Below the pieces are notes generated by a model that was not told the DNA's origin, searched no databases, and saw only the letters and a program-made list of their open reading frames with translations. Positions 1-10,161 of a stretch of DNA of 64,000 bases are shown here, piece by piece. Position numbers and translations under genes: made by a program. Positions within the stretch are counted from its first letter, which is position 1. Every line of letters starts with the position of its first letter. The stretch is from Propionibacteriales bacterium (GTDB lineage: Bacteria; Actinomycetota; Actinomycetes; Propionibacteriales; Nocardioidaceae). Location: contig JAPLCB010000011.1 in assembly GCA_026392455.1 (NCBI GenBank), positions 355,664 to 419,663 of the forward strand, given 5' to 3'.

Positions 1-788
1 CAGTCCTTCGCCGCGGGGACCGAGTCCTTGAGGATGGCGCCCGGGTTCTCGATCAGCATCGTGGTCTCGGGGATCACGTACTCGAAGCCTTGGCCGTTCT
101 GGGCGGCCAGGATGGCTTCGTTCTCGTAGGCCAGCAGGACGTCACCGGTGCCGCCGAGGAACGAGTTGGTGGCGTCCCGTCCGCTGTTGGCCAGCGAGAC
201 GACGTTCGCGAAGAGCTTGTTCAGGTACTGGGTCGCCTCGGCCTCGGTGCCGCCGTTCTCGGTGATGTTGCCGAAGGCGGCGAGCGCGTTCCAGCGGGCC
301 GCACCCGACGACGCCGGGTTGGCGGTGACGACGCCGACGCCGGGCTTGATCAGGTCGTCCCAGCCCTGGATGTTCTTGGGGTTGCCCGGACGGACACCCA
401 GCACGACCACGGAGGTGGACACGATGCCCTTGTTCGGACCGGCGTTCCAGGAGGGATCAACCAGACCGGCCTTGACCAGGCGGTCGACGTCGGTCGCGAC
501 CGAGAGGTGCACGTAGTCAGCCTTCAGGCCGGCCTCGACCGCGCGGCTCTGGTCGCCGGAAGCGCCGTAGGAGGTCTTGAACGAGATGCCCTTGCCGGCG
601 TCGGTCTTCTTGAACTCGGCCGCGATCGCCTTGTTGGCCGCCTCGGGAACGGCGAACCCGACGATGCTGATCGTCTTGTCGGGGTCGTCGGAGCCGCAGC
701 CCGTGATCGCCAGCGCGGTCGTCATCGCCAGGCCGACTGCGGCCACCGTGCGACGTCGCTTCGTGAAGAATCCGGGGCGGTTGCTCAT
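1..788 (-). CDS. sulfate/thiosulfate ABC transporter substrate-binding lipoprotein (SubI/CysP/Sbp family); C-terminus runs off the window
   Basis: Own minus-strand translation from ATG at 788 (AAGGAG upstream): MSNRPGFFTKRRRTVAAVGLAMTTALAITGCGSDD... with lipobox LAITGC, then FKTSYGASGDQSRAVEAGLKADYVHLS...ANPASSGAARWN, typical of sulfate-binding proteins. Absent from the ORF track because it is open at the window edge. Confidence 0.8.
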   Translation of the reverse strand, partial: MSNRPGFFTKRRRTVAAVGLAMTTALAITGCGSDDPDKTISIVGFAVPEAANKAIAAEFKKTDAGKGISFKTSYGASGDQSRAVEAGLKADYVHLSVATDVDRLVKAGLVDPSWNAGPNKGIVSTSVVVLGVRPGNPKNIQGWDDLIKPGVGVVTANPASSGAARWNALAAFGNITENGGTEAEATQYLNKLFANVVSLANSGRDATNSFLGGTGDVLLAYENEAILAAQNGQGFEYVIPETTMLIENPGAILKDSVPAAKD

Positions 789-833
789 GATGCTTACTCC
801 TTGGTCAAGAGAGATTGGCTGTTCAGTTAACCC

Positions 834-846
834 TAGTAACTTACTA
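834..846. promoter_or_regulatory. candidate operator: 6-1-6 palindrome TAGTAAcTTACTA flanked by GTTCAGT direct repeats (821-827, 849-855)
   Basis: Perfect inverted repeat in a local low-GC patch about 46 nt upstream of the sulfate-binding protein start codon. Confidence 0.35.
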
Positions 847-969
847 CAGTTCAGTAGTCCAATAGCAAATCGACGGCGAGGTGACCCGCATCACGTGGGC
901 ATTCGGGGGCTGAGATCCACGCCAATACCTCGCTCGGCGGACTATCGTGGACGCGGCATCAAGACCACC

Positions 970-983
970 TAGAACACGTTCTA
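970..983. promoter_or_regulatory. candidate operator TAGAACacGTTCTA next to a -10-like TACGAT (993-998) upstream of korA
   Basis: Perfect 6-2-6 inverted repeat in the AT-richer korA upstream region, about 105 nt before the korA GTG. Confidence 0.35.
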
Positions 984-1088
984 TTTTCGGCGTACGATGG
1001 TGGCGGAAATCGACACAGTGCCTCACCCGGTCTGTTCCAGGGCTTGCCCCCCAGATCCCGGTGGAGCGCGAGAAGAGAAGGCGTTCCT

Positions 1089-3026
<1,938 letters not shown>

Positions 3027-3030
<4 letters not shown>

Positions 3031-4121
3031 CCACCCAAGAGCTTCCCTTCCCCGGCCTGGCCGGCGTTCCGACCAACGACGAGCCGCAGAACCGCAAGGA
3101 GTACACCGCCGACCAGGAGGTCCGCTGGTGCCCCGGGTGCGGTGACTACGCGATCCTCGCCGCCGTCCAGGGCTTCCTGCCCGACCTCGGCCTGCGTCGC
3201 GAGAACATCGTGTTCGTCTCCGGCATCGGTTGCTCGAGCCGGTTCCCGTACTACCTCGACACCTACGGGATGCACTCGATCCACGGCCGTGCCCCGGCGA
3301 TCGCCACCGGCATCGCGACCGCGCGCGAGGACATCAACGTCTGGGTCGTCACCGGCGACGGCGACGCGCTCTCGATCGGTGGCAACCACCTGATCCACGC
3401 GATGCGTCGCAACGTGAACATGACGATCCTGCTGTTCAACAACCGGATCTACGGCCTCACCAAGGGTCAGTACTCGCCCACGTCGGAGCCGGGCAAGATC
3501 ACCAAGTCGACCCCGGTCGGCTCGGTGGACCACCCGTTCAACCCGGTCTCGCTGGCCCTGGGCGCCGAGGCGTCCTTCGTGGCCCGCACGATCGACTCCG
3601 ACCGCAAGCACCTGACGGCGGTCCTGTCGGCGGCGGCGGCCCACCGCGGCACCTCCCTGGTCGAGATCTACCAGAACTGCCCGATCTTCAACGACGGTGC
3701 GTTCGACGCGATCAAGGAGTCCGACACCAAGGCGGACGCGATCATCCCGCTCGAGCACGGTCAGCCGATCCACTTCGGCGCCCAGGACGAGAACGGGATC
3801 GGCTCCAAGGGGATCGCCCGCGACGAGGTCGGTGGCGGGGTCAAGGTCGTCGACGTCGTCGGTGGCGATGTCTCCGGGCTCCTGGTCCACGACGCCCACA
3901 ACCCGGACCCGACGATCGCCTTCGCGCTCTCCCGGCTCACCGACGCCGGCGTCCTGCACCAGGCACCGATCGGCATCTTCCGCTCGGTCGAGCGGTCGAC
4001 GTACGACGACGGCGCTCGCCAGCAGGTGGCCACCGCAACGGCGGGTCAGTCAACCGCCGCCGACCAGACCGCAGCCCTGGCCTCGTTGATCAACGGCAAG
4101 GACACCTGGACCGTCCTGTGA
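3027..4121 (+). CDS. korB: 2-oxoglutarate:ferredoxin oxidoreductase subunit beta (TPP-binding)
   Basis: In-frame part of ORF 2337..4121 beginning VTTQELPFPG...RWCPGCGDYAILAAV...GIGCSSRFPYY...VVTGDGDALSIGGNH. The GTG overlaps the korA stop (GTGA). The upstream 230 codons of the track ORF are an off-frame overlap of korA. Confidence 0.92.
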
Positions 4122-4130
4122 TTCGCCAAG

Positions 4131-4321
4131 CCTGAGCTCGCGAAGGCTTGGATGCGAATCAGATTGAGGGCCGAGCGCAGACCCGAACCTGAGAGGGGCT
4201 GCACTCGGTGTCTCGAAATCTGAGCCGGCCTGAGCTCGCGAAGGCGTGGATGCGAACCAGATCGAGGGCCGAGCGCAGACCCGAACCTGAGAGGGGCTGC
4301 ACTCGGTGTCTCGAGATCTGA
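4131..4321. repeat. tandem direct repeat, 2 copies, period 98 bp (copies 4131-4223 and 4229-4321, about 96% identical); each copy contains a long imperfect hairpin
   Basis: CCTGAGCTCGCGAAGGC[T/G]TGGATGCGAA[T/C]CAGAT[T/C]GAGGGCCGAGCGCAGACCCGAACCTGAGAGGGGCTGCACTCGGTGTCTCGA[A/G]ATCTGA read directly twice. The second copy contains the rarD start codon. Confidence 0.9.
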
Positions 4322-5223
4322 CCGACCAGCGGCGTGGCTTCCTCAGCGGCGTCGCGGCGTACCTGCTGTGGGGACTCTTCCCGCTGTACTGGCCGCTGCT
4401 CAAGCCATCCGGCGCCCTGGAGATCCTCAGCCACCGGGTGACCTGGTCCGTGCTGACGATGACCCTGGTGCTGCTCGCCAGCCGACGGGTGACCCAGCTC
4501 AGGGCCGTTTTCGCCGATCCCCGCAAGCGCGCTCTGCTGACGTTGGCCGCCGTCGTGATCGCGACCAACTGGGGTACCTACATCTGGGGCGTGAACCACC
4601 ACCGCGTCGTGGAGACCTCGCTCGGCTACTTCATCAACCCTCTGGTGACCGTGCTGATGGGGGTCCTGGTTCTCGGCGAGCGGTTGCGCCGGCTGCAGTG
4701 GATCGCCCTGGGCATCGCCGGGATCGCGGTCGTCGGCCTGGCGGTCGAGTACGGTCGGCCGCCCTGGGTCGCGCTGGTCCTGGCCTTCTCGTTCGGGACC
4801 TACGGTCTGGCCAAGAAGCAGGCCGGGGTCGAGGCCGTCGAGAGCCTCACCTTCGAGACGATCGTCCTGGCTCCGGTCGCGGTCGGTTACCTCGTCTGGC
4901 TGGGGGCCTCCGGAGGCGGCCACCTGGTCGGCCACGGGGCCGGCCATGCGGCACTCCTGGTCGCGACCGGAGTGGTGACGGCGGTGCCTCTGCTCTTCTT
5001 CGGAGCTGCCGCGATCCGGGTCCCGATGACCACACTGGGCCTGCTTCAGTACCTGGCGCCGGTCCTTCAGTTCCTGCTCGGCGTGACGCTCCTCGACGAG
5101 CACATGTCCGCGATGCGCTGGGCCGGGTTCGTGCTGGTCTGGACGGCTCTGCTGCTCTTCACCCTCGACTCGCTGCGCCAACGTCGCCAGGCTCCGCGGG
5201 AACCAGCCCCCGCCCCGCTGTGA
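4306..5223 (+). CDS. rarD: EamA/RarD family (DMT superfamily) transporter
   Basis: ORF 4306..5223. About 10 predicted TM helices and a GFLSGVAAYLLWGLFPLYW N-terminus typical of RarD. The GTG start lies inside repeat copy 2, so the start is somewhat uncertain. Confidence 0.8.
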   Translation: MSRDLTDQRRGFLSGVAAYLLWGLFPLYWPLLKPSGALEILSHRVTWSVLTMTLVLLASRRVTQLRAVFADPRKRALLTLAAVVIATNWGTYIWGVNHHRVVETSLGYFINPLVTVLMGVLVLGERLRRLQWIALGIAGIAVVGLAVEYGRPPWVALVLAFSFGTYGLAKKQAGVEAVESLTFETIVLAPVAVGYLVWLGASGGGHLVGHGAGHAALLVATGVVTAVPLLFFGAAAIRVPMTTLGLLQYLAPVLQFLLGVTLLDEHMSAMRWAGFVLVWTALLLFTLDSLRQRRQAPREPAPAPL

Positions 5224-5282
5224 GCCAGATCACTTCCCGAGGCGCGTGATCAAGCAGGCCGTTCCTTGTCCTTACCTCTGTC

Positions 5283-6860
5283 ATGACAGACGTAGTGAGA
5301 CCCGGTCCGACCGCAACGTCCCCCGCCGCGTTGGCGGACGCCCCCAGCGACCCCGAGCTGATCGCGAAGGTGCGCTCCGGCGACGCCGCGGCGTACGAAG
5401 AGCTCTTCCTGCGCCACCGCGAGGTGGCGATCAGGTACGCCCGCCGCATCTCCGACAGCGAACGCGCCGAAGACCTGTGCGCCGAGGCCTTCGCGAAGAT
5501 CCTGGACCTCCTCCAGCGGGGGAAGGGTCCGGACGTCGCCTTCCGCGCCTACCTCCTGACGACGGTGCGCACGTCCCACCTCAACAACCTGCGCGGCGGC
5601 GTCCGCGAGGACCTGGTGCCGGACCACGAACCGATCAGCCGGATGACCCCGGTGATCGAGGACCCGGACGCCCGCTTCGACCAGGCTGCCATCTGCCGCG
5701 CCTTCACCCACCTCCCCGAACGCTGGCAGCGGACGCTGTGGCTCACCGCGGTCGAGGGCCTGAGCCACGACGAGGTCGGTGAACATCTCGGCATCAAACC
5801 GAACGCCGTGGCATCACTGGCGTTCCGTGCCCGCGCCGGCCTCCGGCAGGCCTACCTCAACGAACACCTCCTCAACGCACGTGAACCGGACTGCCGTGCC
5901 ACCGTCGAGCAGCTGTCCAACTTCGTCCGGGGCCGGGTCGGGCCGAGGCGCTCAGCGGCGATCCAGCTGCACCTCGACGGCTGCACCAGCTGCACGAAGG
6001 CGGCCCTGGAGCTCGCTGAGGTCGACCACCGGCTCGGCGCCCTGCTCGCACCGATCGCCCTCCTCGGAGCCGGCGGCGTCGCCCTGTCGGCCCCGACCAC
6101 AGGGCTCCTGGCCCTCCTCAAGGGGGCACTCCCCTCGGTGATCGGCGCCAAGACCGCCACTGTCGCGGGAGTGGCTGCCCTGAGTCTCGCCGTCGGCGTC
6201 GAGGTCGTCCAGCAGCAGGGCCCCCCGCCCCCGAGCCAGGTACCCGGCGTCCGCGTGCGAACGTCCCCCGAGTCAGCCGCGGGCCGGTTCACTCCCCCAG
6301 CCCACCCGCGGATCAGTGCCCCCGGCGCCACGGCCACGCTCGCTCCCTCTCTGCTCCCGACCCTGCTCCCGTTCGTGGAACCGCGACACCCGAGCCCCGC
6401 CGTCTCCCCTCCCGGGAGTCCGTCGGCCACTCCGACCACGACCCCTCCTCCGGCAGCGCCGAGCGCCCCGGCCGCCCGCTCGATGGCGATCGGGAAGACC
6501 AGTACCGAGCAGTACCAGCGCGCCGGCAACCGGTGGGACCGCGCCCTGATCGAGGTGCAGGACCCTCCTGAAGGAGCTCGGCTGGTCGTGACCACCAACC
6601 GCACCTACCAGGCCGCCCGGGCCACCACCGCGGGCACCGGCTGGAGCTGTGGTGCGCCGACCATGTCCTGGTTCGACGGTGGGCCAGGAGCCAGCAGCCG
6701 GACCGTGTGCCGCTACTCCGGCGGCGGCGACGGCTCACCGCTGCGGTTCGACTACGTCGTCGCACCGGATGCGGCCCTGGCCGCGGCTGCCAGGGCCCCG
6801 GACGGCTACCTGGACGTCTCCCTGCTCGACAACACGGTCCGGTTGTCCCTGCGCACCTGA
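5283..6860 (+). CDS. ECF sigma-70 family factor fused to a ZAS-type anti-sigma domain, TM segment and Pro/Ala-rich extracytoplasmic domain
   Basis: ORF 5283..6860. Sigma region 2 (AAYEELFLRHREVAIRYARR), region 4 (LPERWQRTLWLTAVEGLSHDEVGEHLGIKPNAVASLAFRARAGLRQAY), then HLDGCTSC (HxxxCxxC), a hydrophobic stretch LGALLAPIALLGAGGVALSAP and a proline-rich tail. Confidence 0.85.
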   Translation: MTDVVRPGPTATSPAALADAPSDPELIAKVRSGDAAAYEELFLRHREVAIRYARRISDSERAEDLCAEAFAKILDLLQRGKGPDVAFRAYLLTTVRTSHLNNLRGGVREDLVPDHEPISRMTPVIEDPDARFDQAAICRAFTHLPERWQRTLWLTAVEGLSHDEVGEHLGIKPNAVASLAFRARAGLRQAYLNEHLLNAREPDCRATVEQLSNFVRGRVGPRRSAAIQLHLDGCTSCTKAALELAEVDHRLGALLAPIALLGAGGVALSAPTTGLLALLKGALPSVIGAKTATVAGVAALSLAVGVEVVQQQGPPPPSQVPGVRVRTSPESAAGRFTPPAHPRISAPGATATLAPSLLPTLLPFVEPRHPSPAVSPPGSPSATPTTTPPPAAPSAPAARSMAIGKTSTEQYQRAGNRWDRALIEVQDPPEGARLVVTTNRTYQAARATTAGTGWSCGAPTMSWFDGGPGASSRTVCRYSGGGDGSPLRFDYVVAPDAALAAAARAPDGYLDVSLLDNTVRLSLRT

Positions 6861-6874
6861 CCCCGGTACCGGGG
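6861..6874. terminator. short palindrome CCCCGGTACCGGGG between convergent genes
   Basis: Perfect 14-nt palindrome immediately after the sigma-fusion stop codon and 9 nt before the convergent stop at 6883. Weak stem, no U-tract. Confidence 0.25.
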
Positions 6875-6882
6875 TCCGCTGG

Positions 6883-7485
6883 CTAGAGACCGAGGACCGA
6901 CGGGGAGTAGCCGCAGGCCCGCTTCAGGCTTGCCGTGGCGCGCGGGAGCTCGGCCCGGATGACCTGACCCAGCTGGGCGAGCTTGACGATCATCACCTGG
7001 CTCTGCGCCTGCAGACCCGCGACCCGGAGCTGCTCCTCGGCATCCGCGGTCGCCACCGCCATCGCCCGCCAGGACCTGGCTGCGCCGACCGCGTGCGGGG
7101 TCCCGGCAGCCTGCGCCGCCAGTCGGGTGTAGGTCGCCGCAATGACCTTCAGTCGGGTGTCGAACTGCGGACCGTCGACGATCCCCTGGGAATCGTTCAG
7201 CCCGTACCCCTGGCGCGAGTAGATCGCCAGCAGCTTCACCGTCCGGCAGTACGACGCCCCGGACAGCGGATTCACCCGCTTCTCGGGGATCGCGAATCCG
7301 CCGCCCGGCCGCTCAGCCCCCGGGGCGACGTCGCCGGGGACCTCGCTGGGACCGGCGGTGCTTCCGGTGGCCGTCGACGGATCGCTGCCACCGGAGTCGT
7401 CCCCAGCGATCAGCGCCCAACCCCCGATCACCGCCGATCCGACGAGAGCGAACGCGGCAACGATCAGGGCAACCTGGTTCTTCAT
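6883..7485 (-). CDS. hypothetical N-terminally membrane-anchored protein (last gene of the HTTM operon)
   Basis: ORF 6883..7527. Start set to ATG 7485 (GAGAAGGTG RBS): MKNQVALIVAAFALVGSAVIGGWALIAG then a Gly/Ser/Pro linker and a roughly 130-aa domain with 2 Cys. I recognise no family. Confidence 0.6.
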   Translation of the reverse strand: MKNQVALIVAAFALVGSAVIGGWALIAGDDSGGSDPSTATGSTAGPSEVPGDVAPGAERPGGGFAIPEKRVNPLSGASYCRTVKLLAIYSRQGYGLNDSQGIVDGPQFDTRLKVIAATYTRLAAQAAGTPHAVGAARSWRAMAVATADAEEQLRVAGLQAQSQVMIVKLAQLGQVIRAELPRATASLKRACGYSPSVLGL

Positions 7486-7513
7486 GGTGTTCACCTTCTC
7501 GGCCGTCCCGCCG

Positions 7514-8257
7514 TCACGGCTGGACAACCTGGTCAGCGCCCGGGAGCCGGACGTGGAACGTACGAGGAGTCGCGACGAAGTCCACCGTGGTGGTCACCCG
7601 CGACCGGGTGCTGCTCATCCGCAGCAGGCGCGGACGGCGGCCCGCGGTGAGGTAGATCCGCTGGGTAGCGTCTGCCAGTCGGAACTCCAGGACCCGGCTG
7701 CCACGCAGCGCGCCTCGACGTACGGCGGCCACGGACACGGCGTCCCGCGGATCGAGTGCGAGGAGCGACCGGATCAGGGCCCCGGGGTCCATTGCGTCCA
7801 GCAGGTACCGAGCCGATTCGGCCGGAGCGACGATCCACTTCCCCCGGGCGGCAGCTGCCGAGGCGCGGGTGTAGCCCAACCGCACCCAGTACGACGCGGG
7901 CGCCCGGATCCAGGTCAGGTCGGACTGGCGGATCATCTCCAGGAACGTCCCGTGCCCCAGCCCGACCGAGGCCTCGAAGTCACCGGTGCGCAGGTTTGCG
8001 GTGCCGCGTCGCTGCCCGATCTCAGCCTGGCCGACGGTCCCGCCGCTGACCTCGACCGCACCGAGAGCTGCGACGGAGGCCTGGAGCGACTGCATCGTCC
8101 GGCCGGCCCTGGTGGAGACCGGCGGCTTCGTGGTGGCCGTCGCGCTGCTGGAAGCGGCCGCACCGGCCGGCGACTGCGGAGGATCGGAGCTGCAGCCGGT
8201 AGCGAGCGAGAGCAGCAACGTGAGCAGAAGAGCCTGGACGGCCGGCGCCAGCCTCAT
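7514..8257 (-). CDS. putative lipoprotein (possibly LppX/LprG/LolA-like)
   Basis: In-frame tail of ORF 7514..9391 from ATG 8257: MRLAPAVQALLLTLLLSLATGCSSD (lipobox LATGC). The start overlaps the stop of the upstream HTTM gene by 1 nt (TGATG). Confidence 0.7.
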   Translation of the reverse strand: MRLAPAVQALLLTLLLSLATGCSSDPPQSPAGAAASSSATATTKPPVSTRAGRTMQSLQASVAALGAVEVSGGTVGQAEIGQRRGTANLRTGDFEASVGLGHGTFLEMIRQSDLTWIRAPASYWVRLGYTRASAAAARGKWIVAPAESARYLLDAMDPGALIRSLLALDPRDAVSVAAVRRGALRGSRVLEFRLADATQRIYLTAGRRPRLLRMSSTRSRVTTTVDFVATPRTFHVRLPGADQVVQP

Positions 8258-9207
8258 CACGAGACCCTCCACGGCAGCCGCCCCAGCCATCGACCCAGCA
8301 GGCGATCCAGCAGCCGGCGAGCCGTGAGGTACGTCGAGGTACTGACGAAAATCCCGTCGAAAGCCACCATCGCCAGCGTGAACCAGGGCAGTCCCATCAG
8401 CACCGCGATACCGAGGTGGAGCCCGATGATCGCGCCGAGGGCGACCCTGCGCGTCGACCGGTTGAGCAGCAGCACCGGGAAGTAGAGCTGGAGGAAGACT
8501 GCCGCATAGGTGACCGCCCAGACCAGGACACCGGAGCTGGTCACCAGGTCGTTGAGGAACGGCCACACCTGGTACGCGTCGCTCCGCAACGGGTAGGCGA
8601 TCGCCGTCCCCTCCCGCCACCCGATGCCTGGAATCTTGAACATGGCGGCGGCGATGTAGACGGTGACCACCTGGATACCCAGGGCGATCACCGCAGCGTT
8701 GTGCATCAGGGTCCGCGCGTGCGACCGCTTCGAGGGCAGACCCCTGCGCGCGTCCAGCGACCAGACCGACCCACATTCGGTGAGCAGCAGGAACAGCACC
8801 CCGATCCGGAGGATGTTGTCCCCCTGATCGCTGACCAGCGGGTTCATCTCCAGGATCTGGATGACGCCGAACAGGAACAGCACCCCGGCGACGCGGGTGT
8901 GCCAGCCAAGGACGAACGCGATCCCCAGCGCGATCACCACCAGGTAGACCAGGGTGAAGACGGGGCCCGGGAGATGGGCGAGGATCCCCGCCCAGGGGGC
9001 GATCCTGTCGTGCTCGCGCAGCGGCCCGTTCCAGTCCGAGGCCGCTCCGAAGAGCAGCTGACGGACCGGGAAGTTCGTCAGCAGGATGCCGAGGTACGCC
9101 GCGCCAGCCAGGATCCTCGACATCGCGACGCCGTACGGCGCCAGCTGCTCGGTCAGCAGGAAGGTTTCGACGGCACGCGCCCGCGCCCGGATCTTGGTCG
9201 CGATCAT
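8257..9207 (-). CDS. HTTM domain membrane protein (vitamin K-dependent gamma-carboxylase-like; SdpB family)
   Basis: ORF 8257..9219. Polytopic membrane protein with N-terminal LAPYGVAMSRILAGAAYLGILLTNFPVRQLLFG typical of HTTM/SdpB proteins. ATG 9207 forms an ATGA overlap with the upstream gene stop; GTG 9219 is the alternative start. Confidence 0.75.
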   Translation of the reverse strand: MIATKIRARARAVETFLLTEQLAPYGVAMSRILAGAAYLGILLTNFPVRQLLFGAASDWNGPLREHDRIAPWAGILAHLPGPVFTLVYLVVIALGIAFVLGWHTRVAGVLFLFGVIQILEMNPLVSDQGDNILRIGVLFLLLTECGSVWSLDARRGLPSKRSHARTLMHNAAVIALGIQVVTVYIAAAMFKIPGIGWREGTAIAYPLRSDAYQVWPFLNDLVTSSGVLVWAVTYAAVFLQLYFPVLLLNRSTRRVALGAIIGLHLGIAVLMGLPWFTLAMVAFDGIFVSTSTYLTARRLLDRLLGRWLGRLPWRVS

Positions 9208-9971
9208 CGGATGTCCCACGTGTCGACGTACCGGCCGAACGCCGAGCGGTCAGCGTCATCGAGGTGCGCCAGCGGTCGGACGTTGCTGACGAACTGGTAG
9301 CCCGAGGTGACCTGTTCGCTCCCGTGCGAGCGCTGGTACGTCGGTACGAAGACCTCGTTCTGCCGGTACTGGACCGCCACCACCTCGGCACCCCAGACCG
9401 CGCGCGCGATGCCGGACAGGAAGCCCTCGACCGCGAGCTCGGTCCGGGTGTACGCCCGCGCGTTCTCCCGCTCTGCTCCGTTGATCGCAGCTGCGATCAG
9501 GCGTTCGCCCTGGAGGGCGGTCGTCACTCCGACGCCGGAGACGTGGACGACCTCCTTCTGCTTCTCGCTGAGGCTGGTGAAGATCCGCAGCTGGTCGCTG
9601 GCCAGCCGGTCGGTGATCAGCAGGGTCCGCGCCGGGAACGGGTGGTAACGCAGCTGCGGACCGACCTCGCGAGCCGTCACCTTGATCCAGCTGCTCTGGG
9701 TCTCGGTACCGTCAGCGCTGCGCAACGTCCCGCGGATCTCGAAGAGGTGGTAGCCGTTGTCAGCCTCGGGAGCGAAAACGCTCCAGGCCTGGTCGAACAG
9801 CGGCACCACGTAGGAGCGCAGCCGGTCGTAGCCGACACGGTCCTTGAGAAGGTTGTTCGGGCTCACCCACAGCGCAATCGCTGCGCTGTGGAACACCACC
9901 AGGGCGAGCGCGAACCAGACCGCAGCACGAGCGGCGCGGGTCGGCGGGGGCGTTAGGGGTGCGGTGCTCAT
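9204..9971 (-). CDS. DUF5819 / SdpA-like protein, single N-terminal TM
   Basis: ORF 9204..10049. Start set to ATG 9971 (GGAG RBS 7 nt upstream): MSTAPLTPPPTRAARAAVWFALALVVFHSAAIALWVSPNN...FDQAWSVFAP. It is the usual partner of actinobacterial HTTM genes. Confidence 0.7.
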   Translation of the reverse strand: MSTAPLTPPPTRAARAAVWFALALVVFHSAAIALWVSPNNLLKDRVGYDRLRSYVVPLFDQAWSVFAPEADNGYHLFEIRGTLRSADGTETQSSWIKVTAREVGPQLRYHPFPARTLLITDRLASDQLRIFTSLSEKQKEVVHVSGVGVTTALQGERLIAAAINGAERENARAYTRTELAVEGFLSGIARAVWGAEVVAVQYRQNEVFVPTYQRSHGSEQVTSGYQFVSNVRPLAHLDDADRSAFGRYVDTWDIR

Positions 9972-10130
9972 GGGATCTCCGTACTCGTCCAGAAGAGGAG
10001 GGTGGATCGGGAAGGCGGGTGCCTGAGGGACCGTTGGGGGCCCGGCCACCGGCTGCGAGCGCCGGGGGGTGCTCTCACAGCCGTCTGGACGTGGCCGGGT
10101 TGTACGGCTTGCCCTCAGGCACCCATGGCA

Positions 10131-10154
10131 GGGGCGCGCCGACTGGCGCGCCCC
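10131..10154 (-). terminator. GC hairpin GGGGCGCGCC-gact-GGCGCGCCCC directly after the LPXTG gene stop
   Basis: Perfect 10-bp stem with a 4-nt loop, 7 nt downstream of the stop at 10162-10164 on the minus strand. No U-tract. Confidence 0.55.
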
Positions 10155-10161
10155 ACCACGT

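Noticed and set aside
970-983. The palindrome considered as a LexA SOS box
   Set aside because: The actinobacterial SOS box is TCGAAC-N4-GTTCGA. Here the spacer is 2 nt and the flanking bases differ, and korAB is not an expected SOS gene.
4050-4568. 172-aa minus-strand ORF crossing the 98-bp tandem repeat (and 4159-5181 minus)
   Set aside because: It is antisense to rarD and its repeated peptide segments simply mirror the DNA duplication. It has no start context or domain.
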